Origin: Candidatus Nitrosopumilus koreensis AR1 | GTDB taxonomy: Archaea; Thermoproteota; Nitrososphaeria; Nitrososphaerales; Nitrosopumilaceae | Reading direction: 5' to 3' | DNA length: 32,000 bases | Assembly: GCF_000299365.1 (NCBI RefSeq) | Contig: NC_018655.1 | Coordinates: forward strand, 900,001 to 932,000 | In this document: positions 1-9,900 of the stretch, piece by piece | How the letters are laid out: each line of letters starts with the position of its first letter | Position numbering within the stretch: the first letter of the stretch is position 1 | The notes under the pieces: model-generated | What the model saw: only the letters and a program-made list of their open reading frames with translations | Told to the model about the DNA's origin: nothing | Databases searched by the model: none | Translations under genes and position numbers: made by a program

Positions 1-1691
1 AAATCTAAATAGTTTTCAACATCTTCTTTTCCTGCAACACACATTGCAAACAAGTCATTTTGTATCGCCCATCTATCTACAGGAGGGATTTGTTTTTGGT
101 CTACCAACATCTTAAGATCAAGCAAGATACCATCATCATATTTTACACGATAAAATCCAGTACGTCCAATGTTTGCAACAAATCCAGGTCCTTTAGGTGA
201 TTTTACAGTAATGGATTTCTTTGTTATGAGTTTAGTCTTTGTTTCTTTTCCTAAACCATAAGTTAACGGAACATGCCACAATCCTTTTTGAGTTTTCTTT
301 GTAGGTTCCATCAAAAAGCGATTTTGTTTTATTACTAAGTCATTATTCTTTTGAGATATGTCAATCTGAGGAAATCCGGGCTGTTTTAGCCATGAATTTA
401 CCATTGTGCTGACAGGCATTTTTGATGCTTTGCCAATTGCATTCCACAAATCTTGTCCTTTTGCATTTTCATACTTGAATGTAGAGAGATATTTTTTGAG
501 ACCTGCCCTGAAATTGGCTTCGCCAACATAATTTTCAAGCATTCGCAAAATACAACCCCCCTTATCATATGATATCGCATCAAATATTTCTCGAATCTCA
601 GCAGGAGAGTTTACTTTAACATCAATTGGATGAGTGGTCTTTAATGCATCTAGACCCATTGCAGTGTTCATCGCATCTTCAATGAATTGATCCCAAAGAT
701 TCCATTCAGGATAAAACTTGTCAACAAATTTGGTCGCCATAAATGTTGCAAAGCTTTCATTTAGCCACAAATCATTCCACCATTTCATAGTAACAAGATT
801 ACCAAACCATTGATGAGCAATTTCATGGGAAATTACTTCAGCAATGAACTGTTTTGTTCTAGTAGATGATGTTTTAGGATCATAAAGTAAGATTGTTTCT
901 CTAAATGTTATTGCACCCCAATTCTCCATTGCTCCTGCCGCAAAATCAGGAATTGCAATCAAATCGAGTTTTGGTAACGGGTATTTTATTCCAAAGTATT
1001 TTTCATAAGATAAAAGTAACTTTTTTCCAAGTTCTAAAGAATATTTACCCTTTGATTTGTTTCCTTTTGTAGTTACAACTCTAATCTGAACTTTTCCAGT
1101 TTTTCCAATCAGGTATTCAAATTCACCCACACCAAGGTAAATCAAATAAGTTGACATAACAGGTGTTTTTTCAAATTGGTATAGTGTTTTATTTTTAAGT
1201 TTTTTCTTTGATTGAACTGGCATGTTTGATATCGCCGTAAACTTGTTATCAGCAATGATTGAGATTTCAAAGGTAGCCTTTGCTTCAGGTTCATCCCAAC
1301 ACGGGAATGCACGTCTTGCATCAGCTGCCTCAAACTGGGTAGTTGCAAGATATTTTGTTGTGTTACCTTGTTTGTATTGGCTGCGATAAAATCCCAATAA
1401 CCTGTCATTTAGAATTCCTTGAAATTCAAGATGAATTGTTGCTTCACCCTTAATTTTTTCTCCTAGTTTAATGGATAGACGTTCTTTCTTCTCATCAGTT
1501 TTTGGAGTGGATGTTATGATTTTTGAACCAAATTTCACAGTACAGGATTTTATTTTGATTTCTGCACAATCCATAGAAATAAGATTTGTTGGTTTTTTAC
1601 ACGAGACAGTAATGATTTCTGTTCCCAAGAAAATGAATTTTTTAAGATCTGGCTCAAATGTTAACTCATAATTTATGGGATTAACGTCCAC
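1..1691 (-). CDS. M1-family zinc aminopeptidase (aminopeptidase N / tricorn-interacting-factor-F3-like), first ~563 codons; C-terminus runs off the left window edge
   Basis: Absent from the supplied ORF track because it has no stop inside the window. Own minus-strand translation from GTG at 1691 (in-frame TGA two codons upstream) gives VDVNPINYELTFEPDLKKF... GAMEN exopeptidase motif at ~921-938. HEIAHQWFGN...WLNE forms the HExxH-x18-E zinc site at ~755-840. Track ORFs 398..583, 1142..1408 and 1471..1671 are shadow frames of this gene. Confidence 0.85.
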   Translation of the reverse strand, partial: MDVNPINYELTFEPDLKKFIFLGTEIITVSCKKPTNLISMDCAEIKIKSCTVKFGSKIITSTPKTDEKKERLSIKLGEKIKGEATIHLEFQGILNDRLLGFYRSQYKQGNTTKYLATTQFEAADARRAFPCWDEPEAKATFEISIIADNKFTAISNMPVQSKKKLKNKTLYQFEKTPVMSTYLIYLGVGEFEYLIGKTGKVQIRVVTTKGNKSKGKYSLELGKKLLLSYEKYFGIKYPLPKLDLIAIPDFAAGAMENWGAITFRETILLYDPKTSSTRTKQFIAEVISHEIAHQWFGNLVTMKWWNDLWLNESFATFMATKFVDKFYPEWNLWDQFIEDAMNTAMGLDALKTTHPIDVKVNSPAEIREIFDAISYDKGGCILRMLENYVGEANFRAGLKKYLSTFKYENAKGQDLWNAIGKASKMPVSTMVNSWLKQPGFPQIDISQKNNDLVIKQNRFLMEPTKKTQKGLWHVPLTYGLGKETKTKLITKKSITVKSPKGPGFVANIGRTGFYRVKYDDGILLDLKMLVDQKQIPPVDRWAIQNDLFAMCVAGKEDVENYLD

Positions 1692-1762
1692 GATTCAGGT
1701 GATTTTGATACTCTTTAAGTAGATTTTCTATTAAAATGTAAATCAGAAAATCAAATAAAGCC

Positions 1763-1773
1763 TTTAAAATATA
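1763..1773 (+). promoter_or_regulatory. TATA-like box (TTTAAAATATA) for the MCM small-subunit gene
   Basis: A/T-rich TATA-like element about 27 nt upstream of the ATG at 1793. This spacing fits a leaderless or very short-leader archaeal transcript. Confidence 0.4.
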
Positions 1774-1792
1774 CAAAATATCGAATAGTATC

Positions 1793-2215
1793 ATGAAGCA
1801 AAAGGCACAAACAAGAAACATCAAGATTCTAGTTGCAAAATTAGGCCTTGATGGACATGATAGAGGAGCACTTGTTTTGTGTAGAGCATTTAGAGATGCA
1901 GGAATGGAAGTAATCTATTCAGGACTATTTGCAACACCAGAGCGAGTAGCACAGATTGCAGAAGACGAAGATGTTGATGCAATTGCAATGAGTTTGCTAA
2001 ATGGTGCACATGGAACACTATTTCCAAGAGTGGTCAAAGCCCTCAAAAAGAAAAAGATTAACGATGTGTTAGTTGTGGGAGGAGGAGTAATTCCAGAAAT
2101 TGATCATAAAGATTTGATTAAAGCAGGAGTTGACCATGTATTTGGACCAGGAACACCACTACCTACAATAATTAACCACATCAATACTGGGGTAGCAAAA
2201 TTAAGAAAAATATAA
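1793..2215 (+). CDS. Methylmalonyl-CoA mutase, cobalamin-binding small subunit (B12-binding Rossmann domain)
   Basis: 140-aa ORF. KILVAKLGLDGHDRGA carries the DxHxxG lower-ligand motif, followed by MSLLNGAH (SxL) and VVGGGVIP (GG). Size and motifs are typical of the stand-alone archaeal MCM alpha C-terminal subunit. Confidence 0.85.
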   Translation: MKQKAQTRNIKILVAKLGLDGHDRGALVLCRAFRDAGMEVIYSGLFATPERVAQIAEDEDVDAIAMSLLNGAHGTLFPRVVKALKKKKINDVLVVGGGVIPEIDHKDLIKAGVDHVFGPGTPLPTIINHINTGVAKLRKI

Positions 2216-2225
2216 GAAAAAAGAA

Positions 2226-3224
2226 TTATTCTGTGGAATCAGGCCACATCATTTTACGCATTTCTTTACCAACTTTTTCAATTTGGTGTTCGTCATATTG
2301 TTTCATGTATTTGTCAAATGCATCTTTTCCATTTTTCTGATATTCAGAAATCCACTCGTTGTTGAAAGTTCCATCTTGAATCATGGTTAGAACTTTTTTC
2401 ATGTTTTCTTTGTTTGCAGAATCCATTACCATTGGTCCACGTGTCAAACCACCATATCGTGCAGTCTCACTTACACGTCTCCACATTCCATTGATGCCAT
2501 ATCTTTGAATCATGTCTACAATGAGTTTGAGTTCATGTAGGACTTCAAAGTACGCAATTTCCGGTTGATATCCGGCTTCAACTAGAGTTTCAAATGCATT
2601 TGTCACCATAGAAGCTGCACCACCACATAGGTCTGCTTGTTCACCAAACCAATCAGTTTCTACCTCTTCTTTGAAAGCAGTTTTGATTAATCCAGCTCTT
2701 GCGCTTCCAATTGCTTTTGCAATTCCCAATGTTCTATCCCAAGCTTTTCCTGTAAAGTCTTGCTCAACTGCAACAATAGCAGGCGTTCCAAAATTATCAA
2801 GAAATGTTTCTCTTACTTTGGAGCCAGGTCCTTTTGGTGCAATCATGATTAAATCAACATTGTTTGGGGCTTCAATCCATTTCCAATAGATTGCAGCTGC
2901 ATGAGAAAATGACAATGCTTTTCCTTCAGAAAGATTTGGTCCGATTTCATCTTTGTATACTTGACCTTGAATCATATCTGGAATCAATATGTGAATAATG
3001 TCTGCTTGTTTTGTTGCATTTGCAACAGACATTACTTTATGACCATCAGCTTCGGCTTTTTTCCAGCTATTACCGCCTTCTTTAAGACCGATTATAACAT
3101 TAAGACCAGAGTCTTTCATGTTGTTTGCTTGTGCATCACCTTGTATTCCATAACCAATTACAGCTATAGTTTGATCTTTTATTGGATCAAGACTGATATC
3201 GGTATCTTTCCATGTTTGTGCCAT
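2226..3224 (-). CDS. ilvC: Ketol-acid reductoisomerase (class I)
   Basis: 332-aa ORF with an N-terminal NADP Rossmann motif (IAVIGYGIQGDAQANN). Conserved IlvC blocks are SFSHAAAI, LFGEQADLCGG and EIAYFEVLHELKLIVD. Confidence 0.95.
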   Translation of the reverse strand: MAQTWKDTDISLDPIKDQTIAVIGYGIQGDAQANNMKDSGLNVIIGLKEGGNSWKKAEADGHKVMSVANATKQADIIHILIPDMIQGQVYKDEIGPNLSEGKALSFSHAAAIYWKWIEAPNNVDLIMIAPKGPGSKVRETFLDNFGTPAIVAVEQDFTGKAWDRTLGIAKAIGSARAGLIKTAFKEEVETDWFGEQADLCGGAASMVTNAFETLVEAGYQPEIAYFEVLHELKLIVDMIQRYGINGMWRRVSETARYGGLTRGPMVMDSANKENMKKVLTMIQDGTFNNEWISEYQKNGKDAFDKYMKQYDEHQIEKVGKEMRKMMWPDSTE

Positions 3225-3263
3225 GGTTTTGGCATAATCTTTTGCAAATATTAACTATGAAAC

Positions 3264-3383
3264 TTAGATTTCAATGATTTTATCACATGAACGACATTTT
3301 ACAGTGACTTTGTCTCCAGGGAGTCGGGTAAATCTCTTGGAACCACAATTAGGACAAATAGGACAAGCACGTACTGGTTCCAT
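3264..3383 (-). CDS. Small zinc-ribbon protein (39 aa), below the ORF-track size cutoff
   Basis: Own translation: MEPVRACPICPNCGSKRFTRLPGDKVTVKCRSCDKIIEI. It has CPxCxxCG ... CxxC cysteine pairs. Its ATG (3381-3383) overlaps the TAA stop (3383-3385) of the upstream NMNAT gene as TAATG, which suggests translational coupling. Confidence 0.5.
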   Translation of the reverse strand: MEPVRACPICPNCGSKRFTRLPGDKVTVKCRSCDKIIEI

Positions 3384-3913
3384 TAGTGTTTTGTAGGATT
3401 TGTATCAGATTTAGAAATTACGGATAGTCTATTTTTAGCATCAATCTTTGTTAAGAATTCGTATACGGCATTTGGAACTGAATCTTTCCAGTTTTCATCA
3501 CAGATGATCATGGAGCGAATTTTAGTTGCATTGTATTGAGTTCTATCTAAAAATTCAGGTTTTACAACTGTGATTCCCGAATCTGCCAAAAGCATAGATA
3601 CATAATCATTACCACTATACACTTTATCAAAATGAGGTAATGCAGATTTCAAATACGACCCCCATGTTGCAATGTTGAATTGATTTTCAATAGAGACAAC
3701 AAAACATTTTTTCAAATCAAGACTTGCCTCCTTTATGGAATTATGAATCATCTCAATTCTTTCACCAGCAGTAAAGGGATCTTTTTCCAAATAATTGAAT
3801 TGTGCACTAGTTATTGCAATAACTACTTCATCACATTGATTAAGAATTTGTTTAACTAATTCCAAATGTCCTAAATGAAAAGGCTGAAACCTTCCCATCA
3901 CTAATCCACGCAT
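3383..3913 (-). CDS. nadM: Nicotinamide-nucleotide adenylyltransferase, archaeal type
   Basis: MRGLVMGRFQPFHLGHL contains the (H/T)xGH nucleotidyltransferase motif. The product is collinear with archaeal NMNATs (PFTAGER, SGN, NATKIRS). The track start at 3922 is a TTG. The ATG at 3913 (MRGLV...) has a TATA-like TTTAATTTAA about 24 nt upstream and is preferred. Confidence 0.9.
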   Translation of the reverse strand: MRGLVMGRFQPFHLGHLELVKQILNQCDEVVIAITSAQFNYLEKDPFTAGERIEMIHNSIKEASLDLKKCFVVSIENQFNIATWGSYLKSALPHFDKVYSGNDYVSMLLADSGITVVKPEFLDRTQYNATKIRSMIICDENWKDSVPNAVYEFLTKIDAKNRLSVISKSDTNPTKH

Positions 3914-3990
3914 GAAAACCAAACATCAAATTAAATTAAAAATGTTTAAGAAATCAACATAATTCAGATAATATATTATTGATTTAGCAT

Positions 3991-6900
3991 TTAATTATTA
4001 ATTACACCTATACGGAATAGATGAGTCATGGCCTTTATGAAATCATCATCAGTAATTTTGTCAGTTGACCACCATCTAGCATAGTCTTTAACCCATTTTG
4101 GAATTTCATCTGGACGTTGAGAATCAACGTAATTTGCAGGTAATGCAGCAAGTTCATCAGTGATCAGGTATTCAATTCCATCAATAAATTCATCATCAGA
4201 CATTTCTCCTTTTACCCAAAATTGCACATAAGTTTTCACCCAAGGAGGAATAGAATCATCTACGGGCAACATTCCGCCAAATTCACCATCATCAGATGTA
4301 ACCACAATATACTCCTCCGGTTTTTCAATGCTAACAGGTTTGTCAAGAGGTTTAATTGTCAAGATTTCATTAAAAGTCTTGTATGTAGGATTCCTATCTT
4401 CGTTCCATAATTCAAAATACAAATCTGATGTATCCATAGATTTGTCAAAAGTCATAGCAAATTGCAGAATCAATAATGTAGGATCTTCTTTTTCCAATAA
4501 TTTGAATTCACTGTGTTTTAGTAAACCGTTAGGATCAGTAGTTTTAATTATTTCTTCAGAATATTTATCAAAGACAATCGAGGTATCATAATCTTTTGTC
4601 CTCAAGTCACCGCCAACACTATTAAAGTAAAGTCCAGCATGTTGAATGTGATTAATTCCCTGTCTCTCATACACCCCAACTCTAAACACTAATGTTTCAT
4701 CTGTTTTGAAAACCAAAGGTTCAATATTATCAGATAGATCGATTGTACGTAACGTACCACCTAAACCATTATCAGAATTTCCTAGAGAAATAAAAGTGGA
4801 ATCATTAACAGTGTTAATGCTAGAATAACTATCACCTACAGATACAAAATTCACAGTACCAAGTGCAAATTTGGAGTTTGAATTGGTTGTGCCTTCAGCT
4901 CTCCAACGATCATCACCAAGGAAAGTAATCGTAGGAGTAATAGTTTCATTCCAACGGATATTATTGTTCGCATCAAAATACTCATCACCAAAATCACCGT
5001 CGCCGTTTAGATCGTGTAAGATAACAACTTCATTTGGACTCAAACCCATGGCAGTTGCATCAGCAGTAGTGAATTCAAAGGAAACAGGGCAACCATTTGC
5101 ACAGTTAGCACCATCACTAGGCTCAATATCAACAGATACCCCAATCACAGCACTTACAACACCTTTGCCAGGAAGAGTTTCGCCATCAGCGCCAACTCTA
5201 GTAAAAGTCATAGTTCCTGAATTATCTTCAGGTAATTGTATAGATGCACTCATTCCAGCAGGTAGTTTTGTGTATCCTTTACCACCTTCAGACATGGACA
5301 AGATATTCTGGAAAGTACCAAAGCTTCCCTCCAGAGGTGGAGAGATAGAGGTTGAAGCAAGAGAGTCATCAGACACAATATTTCCAGATTCTCGAGCAAT
5401 GACTTGTAAACTACCCACTTCAGGAGGAACATCTACATCATCATCTAAAATTGTAATAACAAATGTAGAACCATCATCCCAGAACCCACGATAATCATCA
5501 CCTAATTCTTGAGTAAACTGAAATAGGGAATCAACCTCAGATTTAGTCAAAGTTCTTTCTTCATTATCTATTATTTCTAATTGTTCTGCAAAAGTTGGTT
5601 CTGTGTCGGCACCAAGACCATCTAATCTAGAATCTTTTGCAGCAGCTGTTTCATCATAAAGTGGAGTATTGGTTGGATCAGAGAATTCCACAGTAATGGT
5701 ATCACCCACAGAATAAGAGTCATCAGAGTTATCAGGATCATCTGCAATTACACTGATAATGGAAGGTCCAGCTTTTTTGGTGAAACTACCAGACAAAAGT
5801 GGAGAGACACCAGATAGAGGTTCAGACGTCTCTTGAGCGTTTGTTAGTTTAATTTGTGAATCTTTGACATTTAATCTAAATTCTCCAATAGTTGGATCGC
5901 CTCCAGTTGAATCAAGGATGGTAATTTTTAATTCAAATGGAGTAACCCAAGTTCCAACATAATCATTGCCCAAGCTTGCAGAACTTACACTACCATCATA
6001 ATTCTGATAATCAAACAGTGAATCTAGATATGATTTTGTAACATTACCACCATCATTATTTGTACCATTGGTGGCAATATCAAAGAGAATTGTGAATTCA
6101 TCACCATTTCCATAATTGCCAACTTGAACACCAGCATCAGGATCTGCTACTTGCACTGAGAAGATTGAAGGAGAAGGTGCAGCACCAAATGTTCCAGACA
6201 AAAGAGGAGATGTCGCAGTAGAAATTAGAGAAGATTCAGACTCATCTTGCAATCCAGCTGAGAGTTTTACTGACAAACTAAATGTTCCAACTGCAGGAGG
6301 TGCAGAATTACTAGAATCTTTTATTGTTATTTCAAACTTGGAAGGAGTAATCCATTTACCTGTATAATCATCACCTAGGGAATGCGAAAACTTGAAAATA
6401 CTATCAACATCACTTTTTGGTAATTCAGCATCTGAAAAGTCAGCCCGATTAGTGGTTTCAGAGAATTGGACAGTAATGGTATCCTTATTTCCATATCCTG
6501 ATGTAGTCAAGTGTAGAGGATCTGCTGCAACCAATGAGATTATTACGGGTCCTTCTTTTTCACCAAAAGTGCCAGTCAAAGTTGGCGAAACAGAATCAGA
6601 GGCAGATGAAGTCTTACCATCATCTTTAAGATTTGCAGATTCTTTCACAATAAATCTCAGAGTTCCAATTTCAGGAGGAGAATCAACACTGTCATCTTTA
6701 ATTGTCACAACAAACTTTCTATCAGTAACCCAATCTCCAGAATAATCATCACCTATTTCCTGAGACATTCTGAAAATACTGTCAACATCATCTTTGTCAA
6801 GAGAGTCATCCAGTTTAAAACCTGCAAGATTTGTTGGTTCTGAGAATCTAACAGTGATAGTATCACCTTCATTGTATCCCAAAGACTCTCCACTTTTAAC

Positions 6901-9900
6901 GCCGTCAGGATCATCAGCAATCAAGGATGTAATCAAAGGCCCTTCCTTTACTCCAAAGTTTCCAATCAATGCCAAGGATGTGGATGTCGATGCCTTTGAC
7001 GTACTATCTTTGTTGAGAATTGGGATACATCCAGTACAATCACCCTTTGCAGTAACAGTCAAAGTACCAATGGTAGGATTAGCAGAACCAGCATCACGTA
7101 TTGTAATGACAAATACTTTGTCGTTTACCCATGCTCCAACATAGTCATCACCAATTGATTGTGAAAATGTAAACATTGAATTGATATCAGCAGTTTTAGC
7201 TGCATTAGGACGGTTTGTTGCTTCGAGGAAGTTAACAGTGATAGTATCACCTGCATTAAAACCAGATACAGGAGTATCCTTAGCATCTGCAGCTTCAATT
7301 ATACCAAGTTCAGGTCCAGTAGGTTGTCCAAATGTTCCAGAAAGAAGTACAGACTTACTAGAAGATGATAATGATGTTTCATCTTTGTTTTTCAGGCCAG
7401 CACTAGATTTGATCGTAAGTGTAAACTGTTCTAATTTAGGATTACCTCCAGTGGAATTATCAATAGTTATTACCAAAGTTTTTGCGTCAGTCCAAACAGC
7501 AGAATATGCATTGGCATTTGTACCAAGGGTAGCTGTAGTTACATCTACACCATCATCATTGTTATAAGTAAACAAAGAATCGACATCATCTTTATCAAGC
7601 ACAGTATTGATTTTGCCAACTGGTTTCATGTTTGTGTTCTCAGAGAATACAGCAGTAATGACATCGCCATCACCATAATCGCCAGACTGGGTACTTCCAT
7701 CAGGATCAGATGCCTCTAAAAGAATTATTTTAGGTCCAAGTGAAATTCCCCAAGTACCAGATAAAGGAGGAGATATTGAAGTAGATTCAGCACTGGTTCC
7801 AGCAGCATTCTTTAGCCCAGAGCCAGTCTGCATCGACATAGTCATTGCACCAACTAAAGGATTGGCAGAACCAGTATTCGTAATTGTAATTTTGAATTCT
7901 TTATCATTTATCCATTTTCCATACATATCCTCACCAGATGTAGCAGATTTGAAAGCAATTTCTTTTGAGTTTTGAGCAAAGAAGAACAAACCACTAACCT
8001 GATCCTCATTTAGTGTTTGAGTTAAGGTGTACCCAGCTCGATTTGTATCTTCTGAGAATCTTACGGTAATTGTGTCACCAGAACTAAATCCAGTGTCAGT
8101 TCCACCATCAGGATCATTTGCAGTAATTGATGTGATTAGCGGGCCAGCAGCATTTACAAAGTCAGCAACCAATCTTGGAGATGTATCAGTAGAAATTAAC
8201 GAAGACTGTGATTGATCACGAAGTTTACCTGAAGATTTTATTGTTACAGTAGTAGCATCAGTATTTGTAGAACCACCAAGTGGAGTAAATTTAACACCAT
8301 TGCCAGTAGTATCCAAGATAGTAATTACAAGAGTAGTGTCACTTCTCCACGAACCAATGTAGTCCTTGCCAATAGAGTCTGAGAAAGACAAAAGATTATC
8401 GATTTCTTTCTTATCTCCAGCCTTTGGACGGTTTGTTGGTTCATTGAATTTTATAGTAAGTGTGTCATCTTTGGAATATCCAGAGTCACTAGTGACAGGA
8501 TCAGCGCCAACAAAACTGACTATTTCAGGTCCAGGTTCTCTGCCTTCATTAATAGTAGTAAATGCCATGATTTTGGTATGAGCAATTAGACCACCGGCAT
8601 TGTTTGCACGATCTACAGCAAGTTGGAATTCAGGTGCAGGTTCTTCCAAAAAGTGAATTTTCCACAACAATGTTTGGGCAAAATTAGAGCCAGCAGATGC
8701 CCCACCTTGGCTTTGTAGTGGGAAGCTATCAATAGTGTTAGCATCACCATCATCAGGAACTGATGTTTGAGTAATAATTCTAGTATCAGAAGAAGTTCCA
8801 ATGTCGGTTCCTTCATACAACATCAAATTATCTAGTTTTTCACTACCAGAATCAGTATCATCAAAATTAGCATGTGCAAGAATTACAAGTCCAGTACCAG
8901 TACCAAATGACTCAAATGAAAATGCATCACCAATTTTGTTTTCACCACTTTTATCTGAGGTAGCACTCCATGCATTTGAGTTCTTTTTGTAATCAACTTT
9001 AGATGGCTGAAGCACCAAAATCTTTGCTTCAGCTTGAACAGAACTTCCAAGTTCATCATCATCAGTAGGGCCACCATTTGAGTCATCAATAGCCACATTA
9101 TCTAGTAAAACTTTGTAGGTAGATGCAGATGCAGCGGATTTATCTTCTCCCATAAGGAGAACGTGTAATGCTTTGGCACCTTCATTCTGGGCAGATTTTT
9201 TATTACCTTGAGCATCAGGGTTTGCACCTCTACCAAAATTGAATTTTAGTAAATTAGAATCAAGGTCAGTTATGGTACCAGCAGTATCTTTAACTAATCT
9301 AAGACTGCCTGCAGGCAAATCCAACAATTCAGTTCCATCATTATAGAGTTGAACAGATGCTAACACTACGTTATCAAGATTGTTACCAACAGTAAAGTCA
9401 GTAGTGGCAGATGCAATAACTGCGTCATCTGCATCTTTGGCAACAGTAAGAGCAGCACCATCAACAAATTTTACTTCAGAGACATTTTCAAATCCAGTCA
9501 ATTTTGCTTGAGCATAAGTAGCATCATTACCAGCAGAATCAAAACATGCGCGTACCAGATAATGAGCATTTGCAGAACCGCTAGTTACAGATGCAAACAA
9601 GTCATAGTTGTTATGAGAATTAGCCTTGTTAAGGAAAATCGGGAATTGGTTCGAAGCCAAGTCAACATGAGAGTTTGGATTTGATGCATCAACAAGATAA
9701 ACATGAGCTTCAGTCAGTTTTGAAGAGCTTCCTTTGGTAAATTGTATGGAGGCAATTAAGGTGTGAGGATTGTCACTTGAAGGAGCATTAAAGTCACTTT
9801 CAAAGTCAGCAATTGTAGTTCTAGTAGTACATTTTGTAATTTCCACTCCGCGGTCATCTATCAATCCTGGAACATCAAGTGCTTCATTTTCACTTGCATC

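Noticed and set aside
398-1671. Track ORFs 398..583(-), 1142..1408(-) and 1471..1671(+).
   Set aside because: They are alternative-frame or antisense shadows of the M1 aminopeptidase gene, which the track omits because that gene runs off the window edge.
4222-9098. Many plus-strand track ORFs inside the giant gene (for example 4871..5494 at 207 aa, 6392..6745, 6794..7144, 7181..7567, 8027..8215, 8366..8581). Some show a recurring ARFVGSENLTVIVSP-like motif.
   Set aside because: They are antisense shadows of the 2433-aa ORF. The recurring motif is simply the reverse-complement reading of the conserved GDTITVRFSEPTN repeat core. They have no promoters or independent family signatures.
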